Shown: in pieces, positions 27,276-41,151 of the stretch
Numbering within the stretch: the first letter of the stretch is position 1
Layout of the letters: each line of letters starts with the position of its first letter
Source: Octopus sinensis
Lineage: Eukaryota
NCBI RefSeq assembly: GCF_006345805.1
Contig: NC_043021.1
Coordinates: 23,126,001 to 23,190,000, forward strand
Length of the DNA: 64,000 bases
Direction: 5' to 3'
Program-made: the position numbers and the translations under genes
Notes under the pieces: generated by a model
The model's input: only the letters and a program-made list of their open reading frames with translations
The model's database searches: none
What the model was told of the DNA's origin: nothing

Positions 27276-29029
27276 AAAACATAATAAATATTAAAAAATA
27301 TTTGCTTATTCATCTCCTTCTATTTATTTCTTGCGAATAGTTTATTTATATTTCTACATTTATTCTTATCTTACGAATATTATATTTTAGCTTTGCAAAA
27401 TAAAATTAATCTATTTACTTCCATTTCTTCCATTTATTACATTCATTATAAATATTAATTGCCTTATATCTACTTATTAACTTATATAACTTTCTTTTAT
27501 TTGCTCAACGAAATTTATAGAATAATAATTCGTATCTGATAGCGACATACTTCAGTCTAAGTTTACTCAAGTTAAATATTATTAACATTTATATTAGGAA
27601 TTCCATTACTTGCATTAACGGCCATTTTGGCTTGTTTACTTTTACGTCTAGCAATTATTGATGCTTTTATGTATTATAAATAGTAAATACTATTCTCTCT
27701 TTGCACGTCCTAGTATGTGATTTTATATCCATATACCTTTTACTTTTTATCTTTTATTTGTTTCAGTAATTTTCCTACAGCCTTGCCAGGTTAAAGAGAA
27801 TACACAGACCAACACCGTTTGTCAGACAGTGGTGGGCGACTAGCACAGGCACAAAATATCTAATTCTTACTTGCCTCCACCTGAAGAAAACGTCTTTTCT
27901 TTTGCATGATATAACACTCCTATTCGTCAATAAAATATAGATTTGAAATAGTTTATTGTATGTATTTTAATATGAGTTTGTATGCTTTTACTCTTATTTA
28001 TTGTAAATATAAAAAATTTGGGAATATGAGACAGAAGTGTTGCATCGGAGAATGCAGATTGATGAGAAGTCGGGTCCGCTTTATGTGCAGTTTTCAGAAA
28101 CTAAATAAGAAGAAATCTTATGAAATGTTTTACGTAAGATAGTTCAATGCCATGGACAGTATCTCCTCCAGTGCATCTCCCCAATGGCTCTGGAGCCTTC
28201 TTACAAAATGCAAGAAAAGTAAAGAGTTGAAAGATAAAGCATCAAAATGGATAATGCTAAACTCAGAAATACAATTGCTCTAATAATTCTGGATTGAATA
28301 CTATTTCATTTCTAATATCGATTTCATGGAAATTAGTATTAGGGGGTGTAACTCTTGTTTACCTTTCCATTTTCCGTTTTATAATTTTATCTTGATTTTT
28401 AATTTATACCGGTTCGTTATTTTGCTTTTTCTAACCCCGTTTCATGCACTCACATTACTCTCTCGTTTCTTGACTTTTCTGAGACACCAGCGTCCTTCCT
28501 CATTTTGTTTTCAAATAACATCCACCATGTTGTAGAGTAAAGCCTGAAGGACTCTTAGCAAGCACACAGCATGATATAAAAAAAAACCGATGGGTTCGTT
28601 GTTTCCATAGCATAACACTAAAGGAGCTCGTATTAAAGTACTGTGTATATTAAATAATATTCCGCATTCACTGGATGGAGTGTATATATTGCTACACCTA
28701 CCAGCAACGGAACAGTTAGCAATATACTTACACATACATTAGTGTATGTATACGTGTCGTTGCGTATGCATGTATAGAAATGTATGTATATATATATATG
28801 TATATATATGGTTTAGTTGATGGTTTTATAATTTCATACAAAAATAATATGTTATTTATATGCACAAAATGCATTTATTGTTGAGATATGTGTATATATT
28901 TTTTTATGCTGCAATAACCTTCTCAACTCTATAACCAAATTTTAAGCACCGTTCTCAAGTATCATTGGGCATATTGAAGAGTATCGGAGCCTTATAAAGA
29001 AAACATTATCATCAGTAACATAAACTTAA

Positions 29030-29071
<42 letters not shown>

Positions 29072-29090
29072 TATTATTATTATTATTATT

Positions 29091-29376
29091 GTAGCTTGCT
29101 TTCACTTCACTACCGAAGGCAGCTATGTGTGCCTTCGGTATATGCTGTGGTTTGCTGTGATACTCTTATGGTTACTGTATTGAAAGTGTTTTGAGTAGGC
29201 TGTGTGCAGTTCCCAGTAGTGCAATTTTCTGTATGTTAAATATATTTGTGAGTCCTGGTGTTTTAGTTATGTGTCTACTATAATAGGAATTGTTTCTGTT
29301 TTTAGATTCCACATTCGCGTTATCTCTATTTCCAGGTCTTTGTATTTCGAAAGTTTCTCCATTTCTTTTAGAGAAA

Positions 29377-29380
<4 letters not shown>
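29091..29380 (-). mobile_element. Dong/R4-type LINE 3' fragment inside an (AAT)n array
   Basis: KEMEKLSKYKDLEIEITRMWNLKTETIPIIV and IQKIALLGTAHSLLKTL, the end of the restriction-like endonuclease domain; (ATT)n on both sides. Confidence 0.8.
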
Positions 29381-29441
<61 letters not shown>

Positions 29442-29760
29442 ACTATCTGGTCGTGTGCATGCATAAACATGCATATTTATATATGAAAGAATGTATATTT
29501 TATACGCACTTATGTGTAACCACACGCAAACACAAACGCACACATATACATATACATACACACACATATTTATATTTGTACATATACATATGTATATATA
29601 TATATATATACACATACATATAGAGATATACGAATACATATATATATATTATATATATATATATATACCTACATAGTTCTGGGTGTGTATTTGTGGCATT
29701 GAATATACATGTGTGTGTCCTTGTATTCGTATTATATATATATATATAGATATATATATA

Positions 29761-29803
<43 letters not shown>

Positions 29804-30334
29804 AAAAAAGTATATGTATCGTTGGCTAGATTAACATAGAAGCCATTCTTATTTGTACTTTTATTTTATGGATGTTCACAATTGAAATCTATGATAAATG
29901 TTGGTAATATGAATTTTAACATCATTGTGAAGTTACATAAGTGTAATGCGAATATAATTACTTTGACAATATATCTTCCAACAGCGTTCGTTTGGATAAT
30001 TTTCCTTTGCTTCTTTTGAGGTCTTTTGGTGGAATATTTTTAGGTTTTCATATATTTTGTTTCCTGTCATTCGTTTTATTACCACGCATGTTCTCCACAC
30101 GGTTTTTATGAATAGGTCTGCGTATGTATGTACATGGCTATGTACGTGTATGTGTCTACGAATATATGTATATACTATGTATTTCTTTCTGTACATCCTT
30201 TGACAAACACACACGCACACATGCAGGCAGACACGCACACAAACATGCAAAAACACACATTCAATATGTATGTATGTATGCATACACACAAATCTCTGTG
30301 TGTATGTATAAGAATGTATATGTATATATATATG

Positions 30335-30366
<32 letters not shown>

Positions 30367-30433
30367 CATGTATTATATTTTGTCTTTATTTAAGATATAT
30401 TTTTGTAATGTATTTAGGCATAACGTTTATGTA

Positions 30434-30497
<64 letters not shown>

Positions 30498-30528
30498 ATG
30501 TATATATATATATATACACAGATATATG

Positions 30529-30566
<38 letters not shown>

Positions 30567-31645
30567 TATGTATATATATATATATCTTATATAATATTAT
30601 ATATATATATATCTAGAGAGAGAGAAGAGAGAGAGAGTTCTGGGCGTGTATGTAGTTATTGAATATATATGTGTGTATCCTTGTATTCGTATGTATATAT
30701 GTATATGCATACATGATGTAAGCCTGCTTATATTTTTGAGAGTATGTAGGCAGCCACGTATTTCTGTTAGTATGCATGTATGCATACATCTATGCATGTC
30801 TGACTGTATCTACGCGTGTGTGTATGTCTGTATGTTTTACGGATATTACTTGTGTGTCCATACGAGAAATTTTTTCCTCTATAAATCTAATGACATTTTA
30901 ATGCATTTTAAAACCTAATAAATTCGAAAACTCCATCAGATATAAAATATATTATATTCGTTTGTGATGGCAAAATAGTTGTTAACTTCTATGATTGATT
31001 TCCTATGGAGATTTGTGTTGCTTTAACATCTATTTCTAACTGTCAGTAACCCATACAATGTTGCTATATAGACGCCATTATATGTTCACATATGTGCGGA
31101 AATGAACGAGAAAATATAATAATAGGCGAGCATAACGTTTTCTGTATATTTTATTCGTGTCTCCTCTAAGAGGCTGCATTGTGATATAAAACTGGCTATT
31201 GAAGTACATCGCACCTTTGTTAATATAATTATAACCCTAGGTGTGTAAACTATGTGTTTATGGAATTATTCATTGCCACCTCCTGTGAAAAGGTCGATAA
31301 GGTTATACTCATGTTTGATATTATTTTTTTGATAATGTTATGCTATTCTTGTTGTTGTTATTGCTGTATGCGTAATGCTAAGGTGGGCGTTACAATGTGG
31401 CAATACGGTAAATAAATTGCGTGCTATGTTTATCTGAAAAGATATGAATATGCGTTTAAGACGTTCGCTTTGCGAATAAGTGGTTTACGGTACATTCACA
31501 TTGGTTAGGGCCTTGAGCGACAAGCGTCTTCTACTTTAATCTTTGGTTGCCCAATGAACTGCGATCGAAATATACCGTATATATTTACCCTGTTATCTCC
31601 CCTACTATCCCTCTCGCGTCTGACCACTGTTCGAAGTCAGGACGT

Positions 31646-31822
31646 CATGATAGATCGTTAGCTCCTACACGCATTTTTTTCTCGCTTTGTTTCTCTCCTT
31701 GTTTTTTTTTCTGTGTATCTTTCTGTCGAAGAGCGTAGGCTCGAAACGTAAAAGACTATTTCTATTCCTGAGCGCTATACAAATACATGCCTTCCTTTTT
31801 GTTTATTTTCGTAAACTTTCTC
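31646..31822 (+). mobile_element. Short dispersed repeat (Penelope-like terminus/retrozyme-like), copy 2
   Basis: Homologous to 815-1003; ends at (TA)n. Confidence 0.6.
31718..31755 (+). ncRNA. Minimal type I hammerhead-like motif, copy 2 (best preserved)
   Basis: tcttt-CTGTCGA-A-GAGC gtag GCTC-GAAACGTA-aaaga: perfect 5-bp stem I, 4-bp stem II, palindromic ACGT. Confidence 0.4.
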
Positions 31823-31824
31823 TT

Positions 31825-31884
<60 letters not shown>

Positions 31885-31887
31885 CAA

Positions 31888-33318
31888 CTAGCAATGCATC
31901 CTGGCGTTGCCCGGGTGTTAAGACCTACAGCCACATCGTATTATTTGTTACTTTCTTATCGACAGAATCTTGTGAAGCAAACAACTCGTCTTTGTAAACA
32001 ATGCCGAAATTGTTGACACCAAAAACATAAAAGGGCAGCTTAGATTAGTAACGGAATCCTAATATTTCCCTCAGAATTACCTAGACCTACGGATTTAAAG
32101 AACTGGATGACGCATGTGGACGTAGAGGTATCAGTATTGCAAAATGTAATGTACATGGAAAGAAAACTGTTTCATAGTGAAAAGCATCATCTCGAATGTT
32201 TGGGCGGAATGCACACTTCAACCTATGTTAAGTGAAGCCGATAATGCTTCTGGGTAAAATATGTTTAGCGCATGTCAACTGTTGGTAGAATAAATATAGA
32301 AGCCATCAGCACTGCTAACTCGAGAGTATGCGACATATAGTTGTCCATGAGAAAAGCAGGGTATTTGTAAATTATTGAGAGCCACAATTTTTAAAGTTTC
32401 ACACTGGGCTTTATTGATTGTCATATCGGAGCATAATTGTAGTGGGAACTGGTAACGCTTGAATTGAAATGATACGTTTGAAGGAATAAGGGTCATGCGT
32501 GAAATGTATGTGATCTCTCTTCGATGACAGCCGGCAATAATGGTTGCTTTTAGGACATGACTTAACATTGTTGTTACAGTCAATCTTGCATAGGCGTGGT
32601 TGGTCGAAATTCCTCGGTGCACCTTTCTTTAGGGAAAAGTAATGCGGTAGCAGTCCTATGGGTTGTAGAGAGTTGGAAAATTCAGCAAGGTATTCAACAG
32701 TGGCATGTTCGTCAAGAGTAGTATCAATTGAAGGCGGCGACCTGGCAGAAGCGTTAGCACGCCGGGCTAAATGCGTAGCCGTATTTCGTCTGCCGTTACG
32801 TTCTGAGTTCAAATTCCGCCGAGGACGACTTTGCCTTTCATCCTTTCGGGGTCGATAAATTAAGTACCAGTTACGCACTGGGGTCGATGTAATCGACTTA
32901 ATCCGTTTGTCTTTCCTTGTTCGTCCCCTCTGTGTGTAGCCCCTTGTGGGTAGTAAAGAAATAGGTAGTATCAATGGAGACAAACGTTGAAGCCCCTCCA
33001 GGTAGAATGTGGAGGAGTTCATGGATTAATTTAGCAACGCTTTCATTCCGAGGATCTGAAATAGCTCTCTCTGTGAACCATGCTATGTTTTTGAACTTAT
33101 CTTTTCTTTAAGCTCGGCCAATGTAGACACCATGTACCCACATTGCAGTACATGCTGTTGCAGGGTGTTATTCAACGGTAATGCGCCATTTCCAAATTGT
33201 AGAAGTTGATGAAAGAATTCCTCATCTAATGAAAGCTGACGAACAAACCTCCACAAAGGGGAAAACTTCAGACACACATAGATATCGTCAGTTTGCGTAC
33301 CCCATTGTATGACTGGTA
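31888..33318 (-). mobile_element. Helitron 3' portion: decayed PIF1-like helicase plus 3' terminus
   Basis: CLKFSPLW, QLLQFGNG, EFSNSLQPIGLLPH, FKRYQFP, MTINKAQ, FSHGQLYVAYSRV; hairpin cccgg-gcaacg-ccagg at 31900-31915 then CTAG|T at 31888-31891. Confidence 0.9.
32732..32964 (+). mobile_element. SINE family A inserted in the Helitron
   Basis: Full head/body; TSD gtagtatcaat(t/g)ga at 32718-32731 and 32965-32978. Confidence 0.95.
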
Positions 33319-33320
33319 AG

Positions 33321-33550
33321 GGCGGCGATCTGGCAGAATCGTTAGCACGCCGGGCGAAATGCTTAGCGGTATTTCGTCTACCGTTACGTTCTGAGTTCAA
33401 ATTCCGCCGAGGTCGACTTTGCCTTTCATCCTTTCGGGGTCGATAAATTAAGTACCAGTTACGCACTGGGGTCGATGTATTCGACTTAATCCCTTTGTAT
33501 GTCCTTGTTTGTCTCCTCTGTGTTTAGCCCCCTATAGGTAGTAAAGAAAT
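33321..33550 (+). mobile_element. SINE family A, near consensus
   Basis: Complete ggcggcga...aaagaaat. Confidence 0.95.
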
Positions 33551-33759
33551 ACATATACTTGTTTATATCTGTGACGTCACTGCCCGCTATACTTTTGTCA
33601 CATAACAGTAGGATTTGAAACGTGAGTGATATAGTTGCACTTTCTAGCAAATCAAACTACTGCATTGTAACTCCCTCGTTGGTTCCGAGTTCAGATAGTG
33701 TTTTGCATGCTTCGCTGCCCATAACGGTGATACTGCAATCCTCTCGACGAAGATCGATA

Positions 33760-34260
33760 TTCGCTTTTCAATCGAACCGAGTTTATATGATTCTATCATC
33801 ACCTTATCATCACTGTCGATATGGTCGCCGTGTTCCTTGTCATTCTGATCGTGATCTTCGTCATCATCGTTGTCATCATCATCATCATCATCCTCGTCGT
33901 CGTCGTCATCGTCGTCGTCGCCATCATCATCATCATCATCATAGTCACGATTATCACCGTCATCCACTTGTCATCGTCGTCGTCGTCGTCGTCATTTTCG
34001 TTGGCGTCACCATCATCATAATCACCATATTTATCATAATCATCGACACCACGACCGCCTCTTACGAAAGTCATCAGTGAAGCAATCACCACAACGAAGT
34101 TCACCACCATCATCATTATCATCACCACACCCGCCACCACCATCAAACCACCACCACCACCACCACCACCACCACCTCCAACACCACCACTGTCGTCACC
34201 TCCTCCTCCTCCATCCTCAGCTCTCCCGTCCCCACCACCACCACCACCACCAACCCCTGA
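33760..34260. repeat. (CAT)n/(CGT)n/(CAC)n low-complexity tract
   Basis: Direct reading. Confidence 0.85.
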
Positions 34261-34836
34261 CCCTATTCATTATCGTTATCTCCTTACAACGAACGTGTTT
34301 GAATTCCTGCCACGCATGATCAATGATCTTTGTGATTCATCGGTATCAATTTTCCAAATTTCCTTTTAACACAGCCATTGACGTATAGCAAAAGATAAGC
34401 CACCAATCGTGTCTGAAGTGCCAATTCATATCAAATGGAAAACGCATAAAAGCCACAAAATCACGATCATATATTCCCATCTCCAAGTAAGCGAATATTC
34501 TTTATTCATACGGTGGTAAGCCGTAGAATACTTGTTAGATATAACACGGTAAGTATATCAAGACCATTCCGTATATATGGATTCCTTAAGCTTATTTATC
34601 AGGAAGAGTATGGTCATGCTGGAGTATCGACTTATGAGGACGTATTCAACTAGTTAATATCCAGCATTAATACATTAATCCACATAATCCACATGGAAGA
34701 AACTGCCTGCGTCAGTTGTTGACTGCCATGACACTGCATCCTTTAAGGCCCTCATGCTTTCCGAAATCGCCGAAACTACACCTGATATATTATACACTTT
34801 AGATGAGTTGTAGTGCACCTGAGCACTTGTACACCA

Positions 34837-34905
<69 letters not shown>

Positions 34906-35309
34906 ATTTTATCGTGGATGATGTGAAGGCATACAAAATGCATCATGGAGAAAAGAAAAAAGACTGACAGTTGCATCAACTCTCCGACTATGAGCACATG
35001 GCTTGAAATATATAGAGAAGGGGATAGTCGGTTGCATCAACCTAGTATTTATTCGATCGAGAGGGAAATGATGAAGAATCTGGCGGAATTTGAACTCAGA
35101 ATTGCAGGACTGATAAAGCATTTATTTCCGCGTATATTCAAGACTGCCAGCTCGACTGCTTAATAACAATAAACCCATAACATTTGTATTATTGTCATTC
35201 CTTTATTTCCGGCATTCATAACCAGCGGGATCAGGTGACCAATCTGATATGCATTAAAAGCAATTAATCAATAGACGGATCGATTGAAGTGTTGTTAGGA
35301 GGAATAAGT

Positions 35310-35694
35310 GGAGGCGCAATGGCCCAGTGGTTAGGGCAGCGGACTCGCGGTCGTAGGATCGCGGTTTCGATTTCCAGACCGGGCGTTGTGAGTGTTTATT
35401 GAGCGAAAACACCTAAAAGCTCCACGAGGCTCCGGCAGGGGATGGTGGTGATCCCTGCTGCACTCTTTCACCACAACTTTCTCTCACTCTTACTTCCTGT
35501 TTCTGTTGTACCTGTATTTCAAAGGGGCCGGCCTTGTCACTCTCTGTGTCACGCTGAATATCCCCGAGAACTGCGTTAAGGGTGCACGTGTCTGCGGAGT
35601 GCTCAGCCACTTACACGCTAATTTCACGAGCAGGCTGTTCCGTTGATTCGGATCAACCGGAACCCTCGTCGTCGTAACCGACGGAGTGCTTCCA
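35310..35694 (+). mobile_element. SINE family B, full length (tRNA-Arg-like head, tail alpha)
   Basis: tggcccagtggttagg A box, ggtttcgatttcc B box, tail ending cggagtgcttcca. Confidence 0.95.
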
Positions 35695-36394
35695 GTTAGG
35701 ATAAAATAAACATCTCGAGCGTGCCCTACGTCCGGGGATAGATAATAGAGAATGTGATAAATAGATATCGTTCAGGCGACTATCATAGCTGGAGTACAGA
35801 AGTATTTTGAGTATGAACAATGTGGGGTCAGAAAAGAACCCTATTTTTATTCAAATCTCTCAAAGCCGTATCCTTCACTGCACGCTTTTGTTACTTATTA
35901 CGGCTACGATATAGATTGCTTAAGGTGGATTTCTTTACTTCGCATGACTACACACGCAGCTCAAGTACCACTGAGGGGAACCTCTACGCAGAGGCTCAAT
36001 GTAAACCATTAATGCCATTTAAACCTACTTATATCTACCGTTTATCGGATCTTCAGGATGTTAATAGGAAATGACACATTGGCTTGTGAAAAACGGAAAT
36101 AGTCGTAAATCCGGCACTTGGATCAGCGGTTTATCAGTTTATATTGACCTGGAATTTAAAACACAGCAAAATTTGCTACAGCAAAAGAGAGACAGGAGCA
36201 TTAAGAAAAGAAGATTTGACGAAACTACGAGAGAATCAATAAGTGTTACATAACCGCATGCAGCCTTTAAACGGAATACTGTAGTCGTAGATTTCTAATT
36301 TATTACTTATCTTAATAAGTGGACGACAATCTTGTTGAGGCAAAATTTTGAAATTATTAAATTGTCAAATCGACTCTGGTATTTATGTCCTTAC

Positions 36395-36705
36395 TTTACT
36401 AGACTCATTTGCTGAACCGCTATTTTACTGAATATAAACAAATTACCACAGGTTGTCAAGGGGTGGTACGTGAAAACACTATACACAGAACAGACAATCA
36501 CACCTGTGTATATGCGTATGAGTGTGTGTGTATGTGTGTGCGTGTGTGTGTCTGTATAATGAGCTCCATTCAGTTACCATCTACTAAATCCACTGGTAAG
36601 GCTTTCGTTGTCTCGTGGCTATGGTAAAAAACATTCGTCGAATATTCCGCGCGTGGAAATGAGAGAAAATTCAACTCGTTGTTAAGCAACCCTCTTAACC
36701 ACCGA
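36395..36705 (-). mobile_element. SINE family C, degenerate
   Basis: gctgaaccgc...ggttgtcaag...ctactaaatccactggtaaggcttt. Confidence 0.6.
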
Positions 36706-37029
36706 ACCATCATTGAAAAATTGATGATGAGGACTAAAATTAAATCCTCATTAAGAGTAACAAAAAATGGGGATAGTGGCTTTCATTTTAGGTTTTACAA
36801 GGGCTCTACTGCGACAGAACAAATGCAACAACACTAAAAATATATGAATGTTAAACATTTTTTATGGAAGAACATAACGAAATGCAAAATTCCGATAAAC
36901 TACTTTTGCATTTGCGGATACAAATTGTAATGAAGATCCAGGTCGGACTTCATTTAGTATGGAATTTTTTAAAATTCTCTCTGTGGATAATGGGTTCCAT
37001 TGAATTAGTAAAAGTAATATTAAAACAAT

Positions 37030-37290
37030 CAGATGTAGTGGGGGTGACATGCACTGGTGCAGCTCGTTGCTGCACTATTCACTATTTGTTGACATATTCC
37101 GAGGTCGTCCCGGGCAACCCCTCGGTAAGGTATTCTCTCATCTATCCTGACCATGTGTTATGTGACCGTCCAACACGAGCCATGAAGCCCACCGGATCCT
37201 CTATAAAGAGAACACAGTTTAGGAAAACTGAGCGACAATAGTCAAAGATTTGAAGCTAAAACTCCTGCATCATGCATGTGTCAGGACGCA
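37030..37290 (-). mobile_element. RTE-type LINE 3' fragment, decayed
   Basis: IEDPVGFMARVGRSHNTWSG*MREYL resembles the RTE ORF-end motif EDP-G--R-RGRP--TW; judged by eye. Confidence 0.4.
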
Positions 37291-38757
37291 TCCTAGTTTC
37301 TGAGTAGAGTCGGCAGGATTTGAACTCAGAACGCAAAGAACCAAAATTAATAACGGAAAGAAAATTTTAACGTTGTAATAATCCTGCATGTACATTGATT
37401 TTATATAAGTATTTTACTATCACCGGTTGAATAAATGGGGAAATTGATAACGCGAGTATTTGAACTATGAACGTAAAGAGCGGGGGGAAATTGGGCAACG
37501 GACTTTTCCAACGATTCTGACAGTTCACTGTGATTATAGCAGTGATGTCATGTCTTCATGGTATAGACCACACTATCGGATACTGCTCTACATCGCTGGT
37601 CTCAAACCAACACGCATAGTTTTAGTTTCTGAATGATGCCACTTCGCTAGCTATGTGAGCAGGCCAACGTTCGTAATGATTAGAAGGGTATCCCGTCACA
37701 GAGTTAATCATTTGACGTGGAGTGGGCTGGATCAACCCGAAAGAATGTATTTTTCTCGAGAACACAACGCGCCACCCGGTTCGGGAATCGAACCTATAAT
37801 CTGACGATCATGAGTGCGCTACACTGAACACTAGCCACGCGCTTTAACATGGCAGTAATATGATATAGTAAAGCCATTTGAGTGGTTCTGTTATCCTATC
37901 CAAAAAGTCTATTTCGAACCTGATCTAAGCGAAATTAAACACCACAGATAAATGCAAGCTATGGATCCCGTTTGAACTCAGAAATAAATTTCCAGAATTC
38001 ACTTAACAACGCAAATTCTTTATGCTTTATTTTATTGTTGTTTTTCTTTAGGGTTTTTTTTTCTCTTTGTTGATTTTGTTATTGCATGCTGGTATGAAGA
38101 GTCTCAGAAAAACTGCCACCGTATATAAGTGATATAACACTAAATAAATAAAGTAATTAATAATAAAAAAAAAATAACAAAATAGAATATTCTATCTCAA
38201 AGATATTGGAAAATACGTTGACATATCAGAAGGGAATTGCTTCTTCTAGAAATATTTTAAACACATTTTCCACAGAGTTTCTGTGAATGACAAATACTTT
38301 TACGAAGTCCCAAAAGCTTTACGTGACTTGAAAGATAAACGCAAAAAACTAAAGGAGAAGAAAACCAAACGAAATTTTAAGAACTAATAGCAACTCCACT
38401 AGCAACAACAACAAGAACACCAGCAACATTTCTCAGTACTTCAAGTTTCAAGAAAATAAAAAAAATACAACGTGAAGAAAAAAATAAGGCTGAAAAGGGG
38501 ATAATATAAAGCAAGGGAAATTAAGAAAGAATAAGTAAATAGGTAAATATATAAATATATAAAATGGACGTTAAATTTAAAGTAAAAAAGAAAGAAAATA
38601 TGAGTCGAGCGAGAATTTGTAAAGGAATCGCTTGGAAGATTCAGGATCAGGAATTCACTCTCCGTATATAAGTTTTATGTTGGATAATATTATTAAGTTG
38701 TTTGCCTTCTATGTATATATATATATATTATATATACATACATATAATATATATATA

Positions 38758-38814
<57 letters not shown>

Positions 38815-38935
38815 ATGCTTATATTGGTATGTGTATAGATAGATATATATACGGGGAAAGAGAGAAAAAGAGAGAGATAGTGATATAATATATGTCGCCG
38901 TGTGAGTGTATGTATCTGTATATGTATACGTGTAT

Positions 38936-39012
<77 letters not shown>

Positions 39013-39339
39013 TATATTGGTGTATATATAGGTATATAGGTCTGTTTGTATTGCTGAGTGGGTCCATATATCTGTATGAATGTGCGTCTGTGTATGCGTA
39101 TGTGTTTATCTTTACAAATATATGTAAATGTATGTGTTTATATATTTCTGTCAGAGTGTTTGTGTGTTTTGGTTCGTGTGCGATCGTGTGTGTGAATGTG
39201 CGTGTGTCTGTGTCACTGCGTGTACCTATGCGTGTGTGTGCGTGCGTGCATTTGTGCGTGTGTGATTGTGGGAGAGAAAAAGTAGTAAAATTGGAAGATA
39301 GGAACAGTTACAACAACAGATAGAACTCAAAATTAACAC

Positions 39340-40200
39340 GTACAAGAAGAAGAAGAAGAAGAAGAAGAAGAAGAAGAAGAAGAACAAGAACAAGAACAAG
39401 AACAAGAACAAGTACAAGAAGAAAAAGATCGACGTGGGTGAGGAGGGGAGAGTGAGGAGAACGAGGAGGAACGGGGAAGGGGAAGGAAGTTGGTGATGGA
39501 GAAAGAGTGAAAGTATCGGAGACACAGAAGTGAACAAGGTGAGAGAGTGGAAGGCTGGAGAGGAGGATGACAAGCATGGGAGAGGAAAAAGAAATAATGA
39601 AGAAGAGGAGGAGGAGGAGAAGGAAAAGAAGGAGAAGAAGTGGAGGAGGAAAAGAAGACAGAGAAGAAGAAGAAAAGATGGAGGAGAAGAATAAGAAGAA
39701 GGGGAAGAAGAAGAAGGAGAAGGAGAAGGAGAAGAAGCGGAAGAAGAAGAAGTAGAAGAAAAATACGAAGGAGGAGGAGGAGGAGGAAGAGACGAAAAAG
39801 AAGAAGAAGAAGTAGATGGAGAATAAGAAGAAAAGAAGAAGAAGAAGAAAAAAGAAAAAGAAGAAGTAGAAGAAATAGGGGGGAGGAGGAGGAGAAGAAC
39901 GAGAAGAAGAAGTAGAAGAAAAATACGAAGGAGGAGGAGGAGGAGGAAGAGACGAAAAAGAAGAAGAAGTAGATGGAGAATAAGAAGAAGAAGAAAAGAA
40001 TAAGAATAATAATAATAATTCTAAGAAGAAGAAGAAGAAGAAGATGAAGAAAAAGAACAAAGAAGAAGAAGAAGATGATGAAGAAAAAGAACAAAGAAGA
40101 AGAAGAAGAACAACAAAGAAGAAGAAGAAGAAGAAGAAGAAGAAGAAGAAATAGGAGGGGGAGGAGGAGGAGAAGAAGAAGAAGAACAAGAACAAGAAAT
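39340..40200. repeat. (GAA)n/(GGA)n purine tract with internal duplication
   Basis: Block gaagtagaagaaaaatacgaaggagg...gtagatggagaataag at about 39750 and 39910. Confidence 0.95.
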
Positions 40201-40662
40201 CACAAGTATAACAGAAAAAAAAAACGAAAAGCGGAATACATATGTTAATCAAGATGAAGAATTCAATTAAAACTTCTGCTTATCATTTAAGCCATTTTGC
40301 TAATTATTCTTACAGATTTTTCTTGCTTTAGTTTTCGTTTATAAATCATTGCTTTATTGCTATTCTTCTGTCTTTTTTCTTTTTTGGTTTTATTTTGGAG
40401 GCTTAGATTAACTCGATGGCATCAGTGTTGAAATTTAGAGAACTACTAAATATGAAAACAAGATCATGTTAATAAAAAAACCGAACAGGAATATGCACGT
40501 TTCCCTATCGCTTATCTTACCTGTAAATCAGAAAAAAAGCTCTTCCAATTTCTACACACATCTTGGTACATCTATGAATATATACATACATCTCTATACA
40601 TACGTACATACATACATATATACAGACACACACATATATATATATATATATACATATATATA

Positions 40663-40968
40663 TCACCGTGGTCACCGTGACCGACCAGGCTATCAGATGT
40701 TGCTACACATAGCTGGTCACGATGCGCTTCACATTGTTTTAGCATTCAAATGACACCACACCGCTGCCTAAGCGAGCAGGCGAAAAGTAGAAAGAGTGAG
40801 AGAAAGTTGTGGCGAAAGAGTACAGCAGGGATCACCACCAACCCCTGCCTGAGCGTCGTGGAGCTTTTAGGTGTTTTCGCTCAATAAACACTCACAATGC
40901 CCTGCCTGGGAATCGAAACCGCGATCCTACGACCGCGAATCCGCTGCCCTATTCACTGGGCCATTGCG
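40663..40968 (-). mobile_element. SINE family B head with tail beta
   Basis: Same head as 41687-42070 but tail ...aaaacaatgtgaagcgcatcgtgaccagc...cacggtga. Confidence 0.9.
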
Positions 40969-40973
40969 TATAT

Positions 40974-41074
<101 letters not shown>

Positions 41075-41115
41075 CATACGTATATGAGTATGTTTGTATT
41101 TGTAATGTAAGTACG

Positions 41116-41151
<36 letters not shown>

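Noticed and set aside
27871-27880. 10-nt segment between acceptor and donor
   Set aside because: Not frame-preserving; shows the chance rate of such pairs.
35310-35400. tRNA-Arg-like sequence
   Set aside because: Continues into a repeated SINE body with a tail; not a tRNA gene.
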